The position numbers and the translations under genes are program-made. Positions 33,225 through 43,670 of a DNA stretch of 64,000 nt are shown here, in pieces (position 1 is the first letter of the stretch; each line of letters opens with the position of its first letter). Origin of the DNA: an uncultured bacterium (GTDB lineage: Bacteria > Krumholzibacteriota > Krumholzibacteriia > JACNKJ01); assembly GCA_963695095.1 (NCBI GenBank), contig CAVOFT010000001.1, positions 1,664,001-1,728,000 on the forward strand, read 5' to 3'. A model generated the notes under the pieces. The model saw nothing but the letters and a program-made list of their open reading frames with translations, had not been told where the DNA came from and did no database searches.

Positions 33225-35285
33225 GTGAAGAGCTTTGGCCCCGAAGACATCAGAAACATCGCCCTCCTTGGGCATCAGAGCAGCGGCAAGACCACCCTGG
33301 GTCAGGCCATCCTCTTCGTCACTGGAACGCTCAATCGTTTCGAACGGGTCGAGGACGGCAACAGCTGCCTCGACTTCGAGGAGGAGGAGATCGAGCGCAA
33401 GATGTCCCTGAATGTCACCGCCGGCTACGGCGAGTGGCGCAAGCAGAAGGTCAACTTCCTGGACACGCCTGGCTTCGACGATTTCACCGGCGAGCAGCTC
33501 GCCGGCCTCGCGGCGGTCGAGGGTGCCGTGGTCGTCGTCAAGGCCGACAGCGGGGTCGAGGTCGGCACGGAGAAGATCTGGGAGCTGCTCAATGAGCGGG
33601 CATTCCCGCGCCTGATCTTCCTCAATCGCATGGACAAGGAACACGCGGACTACGGCGCCGCCCTCGCGCAGATCAACGAGCTGCTGCCCGGGGCCAGCGC
33701 CGTCCCCTTCCAGCTGCCCATGGGCCAGGGCGAGAGCTTCTGCGGCTTCGTGGATCTGATCCACCTGAAGGCCTATACCTTCGACGACAAGGGCGTGCCC
33801 GTCCCGGCCGAGATCCCGGCCGACCTGCAGGATGAGGTCGACCAGCTGCGCGATGCGCTCGTCGAGGGGGCAGCGGAGGCCGAAGAGCAGCTCATGGAGA
33901 AGTTCTTCGCCGAGGGCAGCCTGAGCGACGAGGAGCTGATCCGCGGCCTCTCCTCCGGCGTCCGCGCCGGGACGCTGGCGCCTGTACTCGTCGGCGACGC
34001 CCACAGCGGTCGCGGGGTGCGCTTGCTCCTCGATGCCGTGGTCGATTTCCTGCCCTCCCCGGTGCAGCGGCCGCTGGCCCTGGCCAGCGGCAAGCTGGCC
34101 CCGGATCCGGCGGGCAAGCCGACCGCACTCATCTTCAAGAACTTCTCCGAGATGAACCTGGGCGACCTCTACTTTCTGCGCGTCTTCTCGGGGTGCCTCG
34201 AGGCGGGCAAGGACATCCACAATCTGAACGGCGACGCTGCTGAGCGACTTGGCCAGCTCTACCTGGCCTATGGCAAGAATCGCACGGAGGTCGAGCAACT
34301 GAGCGCCGGCGACATCGGCATGGTGATGAAGCTCAAGCACAGCAAAGTGGGGGAAAATCTCGGAAGCAAGGGCGAGCAAGCCTTCGTCGCCATTCCCTTT
34401 CCGCATCCGAGCATCGAGATGGCGATCGAGTCAGTCAACAAGGCCGACGACGAGAAGGTCGGCACCGGCCTGGGCCGCCTGTCGCGCGAGGATCCTACTT
34501 TCCGCGTCCACTTCGACGGCGAGATCAAGCAGAACATCCTGGCCGTGCAGGGCGATACGCACATGGACGTCGTCCTCAGCCGCCTCAAGCGCAAGTTCAA
34601 GGTGACCGTGGCCACCGAGAAGCCGCGCATCGCCTACAAGGAGACCATCAAGAAGCTCGTCGACTCCCACTACCGGCACAAGAAGCAGACCGGCGGCCGC
34701 GGTCAGTTCGGCGATGTCTACATCAAGTTCGAGCCGCTCACGCGGGGAGAAGGCTTCGAGTTCGTCGATGCCATCACCGGCGGCGTGATTCCGAACAAGT
34801 TCATCCCCGCCGTCGAGAAGGGCGTGCGCGAGGCGATGGTGAACGGTGCCGTTTCCGGCTACCCGGTGGTCGACGTGAAGGCGACCCTCCATTTCGGTTC
34901 CTACCACAATGTCGACTCGGACGAGCACTCCTTCAAGCTGGCGGGCGCAATGGCCCTCAAGGAGGGCATCCGCGAGGCGGGAGCCGTGCTCCTGGAGCCC
35001 ATTCAGTCGCTCGAGATCAAGGTGCCCGACGATAACCTGGGCGATATCATGGGCGATGTCTCCGGTCGCCGGGGCAAGATCCAGGGTACGGAGCAGAAGG
35101 GGCGCTACCAGATCGTCAAGGCGACGGCGCCGCTGGCGGAGCTCTTCAAGTATGCGACCCAGCTGCGATCCATCACGGGCGGCCGCGGCAGCTTCACGAT
35201 GTCGTTCTCGCACTACGAGGAGTTGCCCAACGAGCTGGCGCAGCGCGTCATCGAAGAGGCCCAGGCCGCCAGGGCGGAATCCTAG
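33225..35285 (+). CDS. fusA: Elongation factor G paralog (EF-G II-like)
   Basis: Five-domain EF-G layout (DTPG, NRMD, KKQTGGRGQFGDV, GSYHNVDS, LLEPI) with divergent G1/G2, located outside the str operon. Confidence 0.9.
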   Translation: MKSFGPEDIRNIALLGHQSSGKTTLGQAILFVTGTLNRFERVEDGNSCLDFEEEEIERKMSLNVTAGYGEWRKQKVNFLDTPGFDDFTGEQLAGLAAVEGAVVVVKADSGVEVGTEKIWELLNERAFPRLIFLNRMDKEHADYGAALAQINELLPGASAVPFQLPMGQGESFCGFVDLIHLKAYTFDDKGVPVPAEIPADLQDEVDQLRDALVEGAAEAEEQLMEKFFAEGSLSDEELIRGLSSGVRAGTLAPVLVGDAHSGRGVRLLLDAVVDFLPSPVQRPLALASGKLAPDPAGKPTALIFKNFSEMNLGDLYFLRVFSGCLEAGKDIHNLNGDAAERLGQLYLAYGKNRTEVEQLSAGDIGMVMKLKHSKVGENLGSKGEQAFVAIPFPHPSIEMAIESVNKADDEKVGTGLGRLSREDPTFRVHFDGEIKQNILAVQGDTHMDVVLSRLKRKFKVTVATEKPRIAYKETIKKLVDSHYRHKKQTGGRGQFGDVYIKFEPLTRGEGFEFVDAITGGVIPNKFIPAVEKGVREAMVNGAVSGYPVVDVKATLHFGSYHNVDSDEHSFKLAGAMALKEGIREAGAVLLEPIQSLEIKVPDDNLGDIMGDVSGRRGKIQGTEQKGRYQIVKATAPLAELFKYATQLRSITGGRGSFTMSFSHYEELPNELAQRVIEEAQAARAES

Positions 35286-35305
35286 CCGGCGGGCAGGAGG
35301 TTCTG

Positions 35306-36058
35306 ATGTCGGGTCACTCCAAGTGGTCGACGATCAAGCACAAGAAGGCCCGCATGGACGCCCAGCGGGGCAAGGTCTTCACGAAGCTGATCAAGGAGAT
35401 CACCGTCGCCGCCCGCACCGGTGGGGGGGACGAGGACATGAATCCGCGCCTGCGCACCGCCATCCAGGCGGCGAAGGCGGCTAACATGCCGGCAGACAAC
35501 ATCAAGCGCGCCGTGCTGAAGGGCACGGGCGACAGCGAAGGCGTCGAGTATCTCGAGATCACCTACGAGGGCTACGGCCCCGGCGGCGTGGCGATCCTGC
35601 TCGACACGGTGACGGATAACAAGAATCGCACGGCGGCGTCGGTGCGCCACGCCTTCAACAAGTGCAACGGGAAGCTGGCCGAGCCGGGCGCCGTGGCCTG
35701 GATGTTCGAAACCAAAGGCGTCATCGAAATCGCGAAAGCCGGCGAAGTCGACGAGGAGTCCTTGATGATGGCCGCCCTCGACGCCGGCGCCCAGGACGTC
35801 ACCGACGAGGGCGAGAGCTTTCGCATCCTCTCCCCCCTGGACGCATTCAGCGCGGTGCAGCGCGCGCTCGAGGAGAACTACCGCTTCCTCGGCGTCGGCA
35901 TCGAGAAGCTGCCGCAGAACACCGTGGCGGTCAGCGAGAAGGACGCGCCCAGCCTGCTCAAGCTCATGGAGATGCTCGAGGACCTGGACGACGCCCAGAA
36001 GCTGACGGCCAATTTCGACATCGATGACGCGATTCTCGAGCGGCTCGCCAACGACTAA
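35306..36058 (+). CDS. yebC: YebC/PmpR family protein
   Basis: MSGHSKWSTIKHKK, YEGYGPGG, TDNKNRT. Confidence 0.96.
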   Translation: MSGHSKWSTIKHKKARMDAQRGKVFTKLIKEITVAARTGGGDEDMNPRLRTAIQAAKAANMPADNIKRAVLKGTGDSEGVEYLEITYEGYGPGGVAILLDTVTDNKNRTAASVRHAFNKCNGKLAEPGAVAWMFETKGVIEIAKAGEVDEESLMMAALDAGAQDVTDEGESFRILSPLDAFSAVQRALEENYRFLGVGIEKLPQNTVAVSEKDAPSLLKLMEMLEDLDDAQKLTANFDIDDAILERLAND

Positions 36059-36070
36059 GGGAGGCCGGCC

Positions 36071-36574
36071 CTGGCCCGTATCCTGGGCATCGACCCCGGC
36101 ATTCGCCGCACCGGCTACGGCCTCATCGAGACGGCCGGCGCCGACTGGTGTCTACTGGACGCCGGCAGCATCGCTCCCGCTCCGGCGGCGCCCCTGCTCG
36201 ACCGCCTGCTCGAGATCGAGCGCGGCATCGAGGCCCTGATCGCCCGCTGGCGACCCGACAGCTGTGCCATCGAGAATGTCTTCTATCACCAGAATCCGCA
36301 GAGTACGCTCACCCTCGGGCGGGCCCAGGCGGCCGCCATGCTCTGCGCCGGGCGGCGTGGCCTGCCGCTGGCGCTCTACAGCCCGGGGGAGGTCAAGCAA
36401 GCCCTGACGGGCGGCGGTCGCGCCGCCAAGCAGCAGGTGCGCTTCATGGTGGAACGCATCCTCGGCCAGCGCTTCGGCGCCGAGTTGCCGGACGATCTCA
36501 CGGACGCGCTCGCCGTCGCGCTCTGTCACGCCGGGCGCCAGCGCAATCCGCTGGCCTTCGCCGAGGGGGTCTGA
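36071..36574 (+). CDS. ruvC: Holliday junction resolvase RuvC (probable CTG start)
   Basis: RILGIDPG..RTGYG, AIENVF, EVKQALTGGGRAAKQQV, DLTDALAVALCH; SD GGGAGG 6 nt upstream of CTG. Confidence 0.9.
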   Translation: MARILGIDPGIRRTGYGLIETAGADWCLLDAGSIAPAPAAPLLDRLLEIERGIEALIARWRPDSCAIENVFYHQNPQSTLTLGRAQAAAMLCAGRRGLPLALYSPGEVKQALTGGGRAAKQQVRFMVERILGQRFGAELPDDLTDALAVALCHAGRQRNPLAFAEGV

Positions 36575-36575
36575 G

Positions 36576-37166
36576 ATGCTGGAGGCCCTCAGCGGCCGCT
36601 TGCTCGCCGCCGAGCCCGATCTCCTGCTGGCGGTCGGACCCGCCGTCCTCCGCCTGGAGATCTCCGCGCAGACACGGGCGCAACTGCCCTCCCCAGGAGC
36701 GGACCTGCGCGTCTTCGCCGAACTCGTCGTGCGGGAGGAGAAGCTGGAGTTGCTCGGTTTCGCCAGCGCCGAGGAGCGCAGCGTCTACCGCTTGCTCACC
36801 GGTGTCGCCGGCGTCGGCAAGCGGGTCGCTCTGGCCATCCTCTCGGCGCTGTCGCCCGCGGATCTGGCGCGCGCGGTGACGCTGGGCGATGAGAAGCCCC
36901 TGATCGCCGTGACCGGCGTCGGGCGCAAGCTGGCCTCCCGCTTGCTGCTCGAGCTCAAGGGACGCTTGGACGCCTTCTCGCCGGACGGACGGGAGGCGCT
37001 GCCGGTGCCGGCGGGCGATCCCCTCCGCGAGGAAGCGCTGCGCGCGCTCCTGGCGCTGGGCATGAACCGGGCGGCCGCCCTGCGCGCCCTGGCCAGCGCC
37101 GGCGAGTCGCCCCAGCCCGTTGAAGACCTGATCCGTCGCGCGCTCGCCGCTGCCGGCGAGCGCTAG
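36576..37166 (+). CDS. ruvA: Holliday junction DNA-binding protein RuvA
   Basis: VVREE..ELLGF, two HhH motifs (GVGKR, GVGRK), ALLALG domain III; synteny. Confidence 0.92.
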   Translation: MLEALSGRLLAAEPDLLLAVGPAVLRLEISAQTRAQLPSPGADLRVFAELVVREEKLELLGFASAEERSVYRLLTGVAGVGKRVALAILSALSPADLARAVTLGDEKPLIAVTGVGRKLASRLLLELKGRLDAFSPDGREALPVPAGDPLREEALRALLALGMNRAAALRALASAGESPQPVEDLIRRALAAAGER

Positions 37167-37191
37167 CGCAAGGCCGCGAAGGAGTCCGGCG

Positions 37192-38229
37192 ATGACTGGC
37201 AGCGCTCCCCGCATCACGCAACCGGACGCCGAGGGGCCCGAGCGCCTGGAAGAACGCGCGCTCCGCCCGCGGCGCTTCGCGGATTTCGTCGGCCAGACGG
37301 CGGTGAAGGAGAACCTGCGCGTCTTCATCCAGGCTGCGAGCGCTCGCGGCGAGGCGCTCGACCACGTGTTGCTCTGTGGACCGCCGGGTCTGGGCAAGAC
37401 CACCCTGGCGGGCATCCTCGCCACCGAGTTGGCGGTCGGCTTCAAGGCCACGAGCGCACCGGTCTTCCAGACCGCCGCCGAACTGGTGGGCGTGCTCACC
37501 CACCTCGAGCCGCGGCAGGTGCTCTTTCTCGACGAAGTGCATCGCCTCAGCCGCGTGCTCGAGGAGCACCTCTATCCGGCCATGGAGGACTTCCGCTGCG
37601 AGCTGGTCGTCGACAGCGGGCCCAATGCGCGGCACTACAGCCTGCAGTTGCCGGCCTTCACCCTCATCGGCGCCACGACGCGCGCGGGCATGATCAGCGC
37701 TCCCCTGCGCAACCGCTTCGGCGTCGTCGCTCGCCTGGAGTTCTATGCGAGCGAGGAACTCGCGCAGATCCTCGCACGCACGGCCGCGCTCCTGGAACTG
37801 GAGGCCGAGCCCGCCGGTCTGGCCGAGATCGCCCGCCGCAGCCGCGGCACGCCGCGCGTGGCCAACCGGCTCCTGCGCCGCCTGCGCGACTTCGCCCAGA
37901 TCGAGGGCGCCGGCTCCGTCACGCGCGAGCTCGCCGACTACGGCCTCGCGCGCCTGGGCGTCGACGCCGCCGGCCTGGACGACATGGACCGGCGCATCCT
38001 CGAGACGCTCATTCACCACCACGGCGGTGGCCCGGTGGGCGCCGCCACGCTCGCCCTGGCGGTGGCCGAGGAGCCCGAGACCCTCGAGGACGTCTACGAG
38101 CCCTACCTCATCCAGCAGGGCTTCCTGCGTCGCACGCGGCAAGGGCGAGTGGCCGCGCGCCGGGCCTACGAGCACCTGGGACTGACCCCGCCGCGCGAGG
38201 ATGCGGCGCTCTTCGAAGATCCGGCTTGA
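37192..38229 (+). CDS. ruvB: Holliday junction helicase RuvB
   Basis: [49 protein letters not shown]. Confidence 0.97.
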   Translation: MTGSAPRITQPDAEGPERLEERALRPRRFADFVGQTAVKENLRVFIQAASARGEALDHVLLCGPPGLGKTTLAGILATELAVGFKATSAPVFQTAAELVGVLTHLEPRQVLFLDEVHRLSRVLEEHLYPAMEDFRCELVVDSGPNARHYSLQLPAFTLIGATTRAGMISAPLRNRFGVVARLEFYASEELAQILARTAALLELEAEPAGLAEIARRSRGTPRVANRLLRRLRDFAQIEGAGSVTRELADYGLARLGVDAAGLDDMDRRILETLIHHHGGGPVGAATLALAVAEEPETLEDVYEPYLIQQGFLRRTRQGRVAARRAYEHLGLTPPREDAALFEDPA

Positions 38230-39308
38230 TGCAGGCCGTGCCCGAGCGCCTGAGCGACTACGACTTTCCGCTGCCGCCGGCTGCGATCGCCCAGCGCCCG
38301 CTGGCCGACCGCGCCGCCTGTCGCCTGCTCGTCCTGGACATGGGGAGCGGCGCCATTGCCGATCGCCGCTTCCGCGAGCTGCCGGCCCTGCTCGAGCCGG
38401 GGGACCTCCTCGTGATCAACGACACCCGCGTGCTGCCGGCGCGCCTGCGCGGCCTGCGCGAGCGCGCGGGCGCCGGCGCGGCGGAGCTGCTGCTCCACAC
38501 GCCCGGTGCGGATGGGCGCTGGCTCGGCCTCCTGCGCCCGGCGCGGCGCTTCCGGCCAGACGACCGCTTCCTGGCCGCAGAGGGCCGGGTGCGCATCCAG
38601 GTCGAGGAGCCGGGCAGCGAAGGCGATCGCTGGCTGCGCTTGCTCACGCCCGCGAGTTGGGCGGAGGCGATGGCCCTGGCCGGCGAGCTGCCCTTGCCGC
38701 CCTACATCGCGCGCCCGGCGGATGTCCGCGACGGCGAGGACTACCAGACCGCCTTCGCCCGCGTCGACGGCGCGGTCGCAGCGCCCACGGCGGGTCTTCA
38801 CTTCGATGCACCGCTGCTGGCAGCGCTGGCGGCCCGCGGCGTGGCCTGCGCCGCTTTGACCCTGCATGTCGGGATCGGCACCTTCCAGCCCGTGCGCGTG
38901 GAGGACCCCGCTCAGCACCGCCTGCACGCCGAACGCTACCTGCTGCCGGCGGCCACCCGCCGCGCCGTGGACGCCGCGCGCGCCGCCGGCGGGCGCGTGA
39001 TCGCGGTGGGCACCACGGTGGCGCGCACCCTGGAAACCCCGGCCGCGGCTGACTGGGCGGCGAGCGGGGATCTGGCCGGCGAGACGCGGCTCTTCATCCG
39101 GCCGCCCTACCGCTGCCGGCGCCTGGACGGCTTGATCACGAACTTCCACCTGCCGCGATCCACCCTGCTCATGCTCGTCGCGGCGCTGGCCGGTCGGGAG
39201 CGCGTGCTGGCCGCCTATGCCCACGCGGTACTGGCCGGCTATCGCTTCTTCTCCTATGGCGACGCAATGCTGCTCCTGCCGGGCGCGGCCGGGAAGGGCG
39301 GCCCATGA
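38229..39308 (+). CDS. queA: SAM:tRNA ribosyltransferase-isomerase
   Basis: NDTRVLPARL, PLPPYI, AAPTAGLHF, TNFHLPRSTL, YRFFSYGDAM. Confidence 0.96.
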   Translation: MQAVPERLSDYDFPLPPAAIAQRPLADRAACRLLVLDMGSGAIADRRFRELPALLEPGDLLVINDTRVLPARLRGLRERAGAGAAELLLHTPGADGRWLGLLRPARRFRPDDRFLAAEGRVRIQVEEPGSEGDRWLRLLTPASWAEAMALAGELPLPPYIARPADVRDGEDYQTAFARVDGAVAAPTAGLHFDAPLLAALAARGVACAALTLHVGIGTFQPVRVEDPAQHRLHAERYLLPAATRRAVDAARAAGGRVIAVGTTVARTLETPAAADWAASGDLAGETRLFIRPPYRCRRLDGLITNFHLPRSTLLMLVAALAGRERVLAAYAHAVLAGYRFFSYGDAMLLLPGAAGKGGP

Positions 39309-40441
39309 AGCCCTTCTTCACCCTCGAGGCCGTGGATCCCGAGACCGGCGCGCGCGCCGGGCGTCTGCACACGGATCACGGCGAGGTGCTCACCCCGGTC
39401 TTCATGCCGGTGGGCACGCAGGCGGCGGTGAAGACCCTCACCGCCGAGCAGCTCGAGGACCTGGACGCCCAGATCATCCTGGCCAATACCTATCACCTCT
39501 ACCTGCGCCCCGGCGCCGCCCGCGTGGCCGCTGCCGGTGGCGTCCACGGCCTGTCCGCCTGGCGGCGGGCTCTGCTCAGCGACAGCGGCGGCTACCAGTT
39601 CTACTCGCTGCGCGAACTGAGCACGGTCAGCGAGGAGGGGGTCGGCTTTCGCTCGCATCTGGATGGCTCCAAGCACTTCCTCAGCCCGGAGGATGTGATC
39701 GATGTCGAGGCCGCCCTCGGCGCCGACATCGTCATGCCCCTGGACGAGTGCCTGCCCTATCCAAGCGAGCCCGCGGCCGCCGCCGCGGCCGCCGCCCGCA
39801 CCGCCCGCTGGGCGCGGCGCTGCCGCGACCGGAAAGGCCCGATCTTCCGGCACCACGCGCACCGGCAATTCCTGTTCGGCATCGTCCAGGGCGCGAGCTA
39901 CGAGGCGCTGCGCCGCGAGTCCGCAGCGGCGATCACCGCGCTCGACCTGCCCGGCTACGCGATCGGCGGCCTGGCGGTCGGGGAACCCAAGTCCCAGCTC
40001 CTGGACCTGACGGCCCTGTGCACGAGCCTGCTGCCCGCCGACCGGCCTCGCTACCTGATGGGGGTGGGCTTTCCCGAGGATCTCCTGCGCTGCATAGCCC
40101 TGGGCGTCGACATGTTCGACTGCGTGATGCCTACCCGCAACGCGCGCAAGGGCACGCTCTTCACGCGCGCGGGCAGGCTGGTGGTCCGGAACGCCGCCTA
40201 TGCCGACGATGCGAATCCGCCGGAGGCCGGTTGCGCCTGCCCCTGCTGTCGCCGCTACAGCCGCGCTTACCTGCGCCATCTCATCCATGCCGGCGAAGCG
40301 ACCGGGATGACGCTTGCGACCCTACACAATCTGTACTTCTATTTGGACTTGATGCGCGGCGCCCGCAGCGCCATTGTAGACGGGCGCTACGGCGCCTGGC
40401 AGCGCGCCTTCTTCGCCGACTACGCGATGGCCAGCGACTGA
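39305..40441 (+). CDS. tgt: tRNA-guanine transglycosylase
   Basis: TPVFMPVGT, DSGGYQ, GVDMFDCVMPTRNAR, CxCxxC zinc site. Confidence 0.96.
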   Translation: MKPFFTLEAVDPETGARAGRLHTDHGEVLTPVFMPVGTQAAVKTLTAEQLEDLDAQIILANTYHLYLRPGAARVAAAGGVHGLSAWRRALLSDSGGYQFYSLRELSTVSEEGVGFRSHLDGSKHFLSPEDVIDVEAALGADIVMPLDECLPYPSEPAAAAAAAARTARWARRCRDRKGPIFRHHAHRQFLFGIVQGASYEALRRESAAAITALDLPGYAIGGLAVGEPKSQLLDLTALCTSLLPADRPRYLMGVGFPEDLLRCIALGVDMFDCVMPTRNARKGTLFTRAGRLVVRNAAYADDANPPEAGCACPCCRRYSRAYLRHLIHAGEATGMTLATLHNLYFYLDLMRGARSAIVDGRYGAWQRAFFADYAMASD

Positions 40442-40474
40442 CCCCGGTTGCCACCGGTTCACAAAGGAGCCCCG

Positions 40475-40765
40475 ATGCCCTTCCTTCTGCAGGCCCAGCA
40501 ATCCGCCCCCGCTTGGAGTCCCATTCTCCTCATGGTGGGCATGTTCGCCGTCCTCTACTTCTTCATGATCCGCCCGCAGCAGAAGCGCGCCAAGGAGCAT
40601 CAGGCGATGCTCAAGACCCTGGCCAAGGGCGACCACGTGCTCACTTCGGGCGGCATCTTCGGCAGCGTGGTGGGCGTCAAGGACGACCGCGTCGTCGTGC
40701 GCGTGGACGAGAACTGCAAACTCGAAGTGGCCATCGGCAACATCACGGCCAAGACGGACAAGTAG
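40475..40765 (+). CDS. yajC: Preprotein translocase subunit YajC
   Basis: YFFMIRPQQKR, KGDHVLTSGGIFG. Confidence 0.95.
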   Translation: MPFLLQAQQSAPAWSPILLMVGMFAVLYFFMIRPQQKRAKEHQAMLKTLAKGDHVLTSGGIFGSVVGVKDDRVVVRVDENCKLEVAIGNITAKTDK

Positions 40766-41293
40766 ATGGGACTCTCGCTCAAGTACATCGGCTGCGATGT
40801 GCTGCGCACCCGCGGGACGCGAGTCACGGCCTTCGGGGCGGCGCTGGAGCAGCACCTGCCGCGCATGATCGAGATCATGCGCGAGGAGGGCGGGGTCGGC
40901 CTGGCGGCCCCGCAGGTCGGGCTGTCCGAGCACTTCTTCATCGTGATCGCCAATGCCGACGACGAAGAGCGCGAGCAGGACGAGATCCTGCTCATGGCCA
41001 ATGTCGAGGTGCTCGAGGCCTCCAGCGAGACCATCGCCATCGAGGAGGGTTGCCTGTCCATCCCCGGCCTGCGCGCCGAGGTCACGCGCCCGGAGCACAT
41101 CCGCGTGGGCTTCCACAGCATCGAGGGGGAGCGCATCGAACTGGAGACGGGCGGCACCCTGGCCCGCATCATCCAGCACGAGCTCGATCACTGCGAAGGG
41201 GTGCTCTTCGTGGACCGCCTGAGCCCCGCTCGCCGCGTGCTGCTGAAGAAGCGCCTGGCCGCCATCGAGAGCGACTACGCCGCCCGCAACTGA
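40766..41293 (+). CDS. def: Peptide deformylase
   Basis: GVGLAAPQVG, EGCLSIPG, QHELDH. Confidence 0.96.
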   Translation: MGLSLKYIGCDVLRTRGTRVTAFGAALEQHLPRMIEIMREEGGVGLAAPQVGLSEHFFIVIANADDEEREQDEILLMANVEVLEASSETIAIEEGCLSIPGLRAEVTRPEHIRVGFHSIEGERIELETGGTLARIIQHELDHCEGVLFVDRLSPARRVLLKKRLAAIESDYAARN

Positions 41294-41319
41294 CGCCGCG
41301 GCCGATCCGAGGTAGTCTC

Positions 41320-42288
41320 GTGAGCTCCGCCCGCCCCAATCCGCCCGCCGTCCTGCGCATTGCCTTCATGGGCAGTCCGGAGCTGGCCGTGCCCAGCTTG
41401 GCAGCGCTGGCGGCGGCGCCGGACCTCGAGCTCCGGCAGGTGGTGACCCTCGGCGACCGCCGCCGCGGCCGCCGCGGCGAGGCGGTGCCGACGCCCGTGG
41501 GCGCGGCGGCGCTGGCCTTGGAGCTGCCGCTCCTGCGCTGGGAGAAGGGCGACGCCGCCGCCGTGACCGCCGCCCTCGCGCCACAGGCGCTGGACGCCAT
41601 CGTGGTCATCGCCTTCGCCCGTCTCCTCGGGCCGGAGCTGCTCGCGCTGCCGCGCCTGGGCTGCCTCAACCTGCACGCCTCCCTGCTGCCCTGGGGACGC
41701 GGAGCGAGTCCCATCCAGCAGGCCCTGCTGGAGGGCCTCACCGAAACGGGCTGGTCGGCGATGCTGATGGACGCCGGCCTCGACACCGGTCCGGTGCTTG
41801 CCCAGCAGTCGCTGGCCGTCTCACCGCGCTGGACGGCGGGCGAGCTCAGCGCCGCGCTAGCCGCGGCTGCGCCCGCCTTTCTGCTCAGCGCGCTGCGCGG
41901 CTGGCGGGACGGCAGCCTCCAGCCCAGCCCTCAACCGGCGGCAGGCATCACGCTCACCCGCAAGCTGCCGCGCGCGGCCGGCGCTCTGGATTGGAGCGAG
42001 TCGGCCCGCCAGCTGGATCGGCGCCTGCGCGCCCTCAGCCCCCGGCCCGGCTGCTGGTGCCACCGGGATGGCAAGCGGCTGGCCGTCCTGCGCGCGCAAC
42101 CGGCGCCGGGCCGGGCTGGCGCCGCTCCAGGCGAAGTGCTCGCCCTGCGGCCGCAGCTGCTCATCGCCTGCGGCGAGGAGGCGCTGGCCCTCGAGTGGGT
42201 CCAGCCGCCCGGTCGCCGGCCGATGCCGGCCGCAGCCTACCTGAGCGGCCGCCCGCTCGCGCTCGGCCAGCGTCTGGAGAACGGATGA
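41320..42288 (+). CDS. fmt: Methionyl-tRNA formyltransferase
   Basis: AFMGSPELA, NLHASLLP.GRGASPI, MDAGLDTG; follows def. Confidence 0.92.
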   Translation: MSSARPNPPAVLRIAFMGSPELAVPSLAALAAAPDLELRQVVTLGDRRRGRRGEAVPTPVGAAALALELPLLRWEKGDAAAVTAALAPQALDAIVVIAFARLLGPELLALPRLGCLNLHASLLPWGRGASPIQQALLEGLTETGWSAMLMDAGLDTGPVLAQQSLAVSPRWTAGELSAALAAAAPAFLLSALRGWRDGSLQPSPQPAAGITLTRKLPRAAGALDWSESARQLDRRLRALSPRPGCWCHRDGKRLAVLRAQPAPGRAGAAPGEVLALRPQLLIACGEEALALEWVQPPGRRPMPAAAYLSGRPLALGQRLENG

Positions 42289-43670
42289 GGATCGCGCCCG
42301 CGCGTCTGGCCACCCTGCGCTTTCTCGAGAGCTTCGAGGCCGGCTGGCCCGGCGCCACGGACTGGGACACGCATCAGGAGCGCTGGCTCGCGGATCCCCT
42401 GCTGGCCGATCCGCGAGACCGCCGGCTCTTCAGCCAGCTCAGCGCGGGCGTGGTCCGCCAGCGGGGGCGGCTCGATGCCCGGCTGCGGCGGCTCACGGGG
42501 CGGCCGCGCCTGGACCCCGTTCCGCGCGACGCGCTGCGCCTGGCGCTGTTCCAGCTCGAGCACATGGACCGCCTGCCCGCCCATGCCGTCATCGGCGAGA
42601 GCGTCGAGTGGATCAAGCTCCGGAACGGCGCGCGCCTGGCCGGCTGGGCCAACGCCCAGCTGCGCAACTGGCAGCGCGGCGGCGTGCCCGGTGCCGATCC
42701 CGACCCCGATGCGGACTTCGGCGCCCACGCCGAGCAGGTGCTGTCCTACCCGCGCTGGCTCGCCTTGCGCTGGGAACAGGAGTTCGGCCGCGAGCGGGCC
42801 CTGGCCATGATGGCCGCTGCCAATGCAGCGCCGGCCCACTGCTTTCGCTGGAATGCGCTGCGATCCGGGCGGGAGGAGTTCCTCGCCGCCCTGCTCGCAG
42901 AGGGCGCCCGGCCCGAGTGCTTCGCCGATCTGCCGCTGGCTTTTCGTCTCCGCGGCGCCTGGCCGGCGGCACTCCTGCCGGCGCTGGCCCGCGGCGAGCT
43001 CAGCGTGCAGGACGCCGCCTCGCAGCGCGTCGCCCCCCTGCTGGATGGGGGCGAGCGGGGCGACTGGGCGGACCTCTGCGCCGCGCCCGGAGGCAAGTGC
43101 TGCCAGCTCGCGGAGCGGGGCGGGGACGCGCGGACGGTGCTGGCCGTCGATATCGATCCTCAGCGCCTCGAGAAAGTCGTTGCCAACGCCCTGCGACTGG
43201 GCTTAAGACGGCTGCGCAGCGACTGCGGAGACCTGCGCGAGCTGGCGCCGCAGCCGATGGACGGCGTTCTGCTCGACGCGCCCTGCAGCGCGCTGGGTAC
43301 CCTGGCCGCCAATCCGGACGTGCGCTGGCGCCTGGCGCCCGGTGACATCCCGCGCCTGGCCGAGCGGCAGGGCCGGCTGCTCGCGGCGGCCGCGCGCTGG
43401 GTGCGGCCGGGCGGTCGGCTCCTCTACGCCGTCTGCACCTTCACACCGGAGGAGACCAGCGACCGGCGCGTCGACTTCCTCGCCGCCCACCCGGATTTTG
43501 CGCTCGAGCCCTTCACGGCGGCCGAGCTGCCGACGGCGCTGTGCACGGAGGCCGGGGAGTACTTGAGCCTGCCTGACCGCGAGGAGGGGACAGGGATGTA
43601 TGCTTTCCGTTGCCGGCGCCGGCCCGGCGCTGCGCAGGGCGAGCCGGCCGGCGGGAGGGAACGGCGATGA
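42285..43670 (+). CDS. rsmB: 16S rRNA m5C967 methyltransferase
   Basis: NusB-like N-terminus, VQDAASQ, DLCAAPGGK, LLDAPCS, YAVCT. Confidence 0.9.
   Translation: MRIAPARLATLRFLESFEAGWPGATDWDTHQERWLADPLLADPRDRRLFSQLSAGVVRQRGRLDARLRRLTGRPRLDPVPRDALRLALFQLEHMDRLPAHAVIGESVEWIKLRNGARLAGWANAQLRNWQRGGVPGADPDPDADFGAHAEQVLSYPRWLALRWEQEFGRERALAMMAAANAAPAHCFRWNALRSGREEFLAALLAEGARPECFADLPLAFRLRGAWPAALLPALARGELSVQDAASQRVAPLLDGGERGDWADLCAAPGGKCCQLAERGGDARTVLAVDIDPQRLEKVVANALRLGLRRLRSDCGDLRELAPQPMDGVLLDAPCSALGTLAANPDVRWRLAPGDIPRLAERQGRLLAAAARWVRPGGRLLYAVCTFTPEETSDRRVDFLAAHPDFALEPFTAAELPTALCTEAGEYLSLPDREEGTGMYAFRCRRRPGAAQGEPAGGRERR

Noticed and set aside
39217..42288. 1023-aa ORF that looks like a giant Fmt fusion
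   Set aside because: Only the last ~322 aa are Fmt; the upstream part is an off-frame read through tgt, yajC and def
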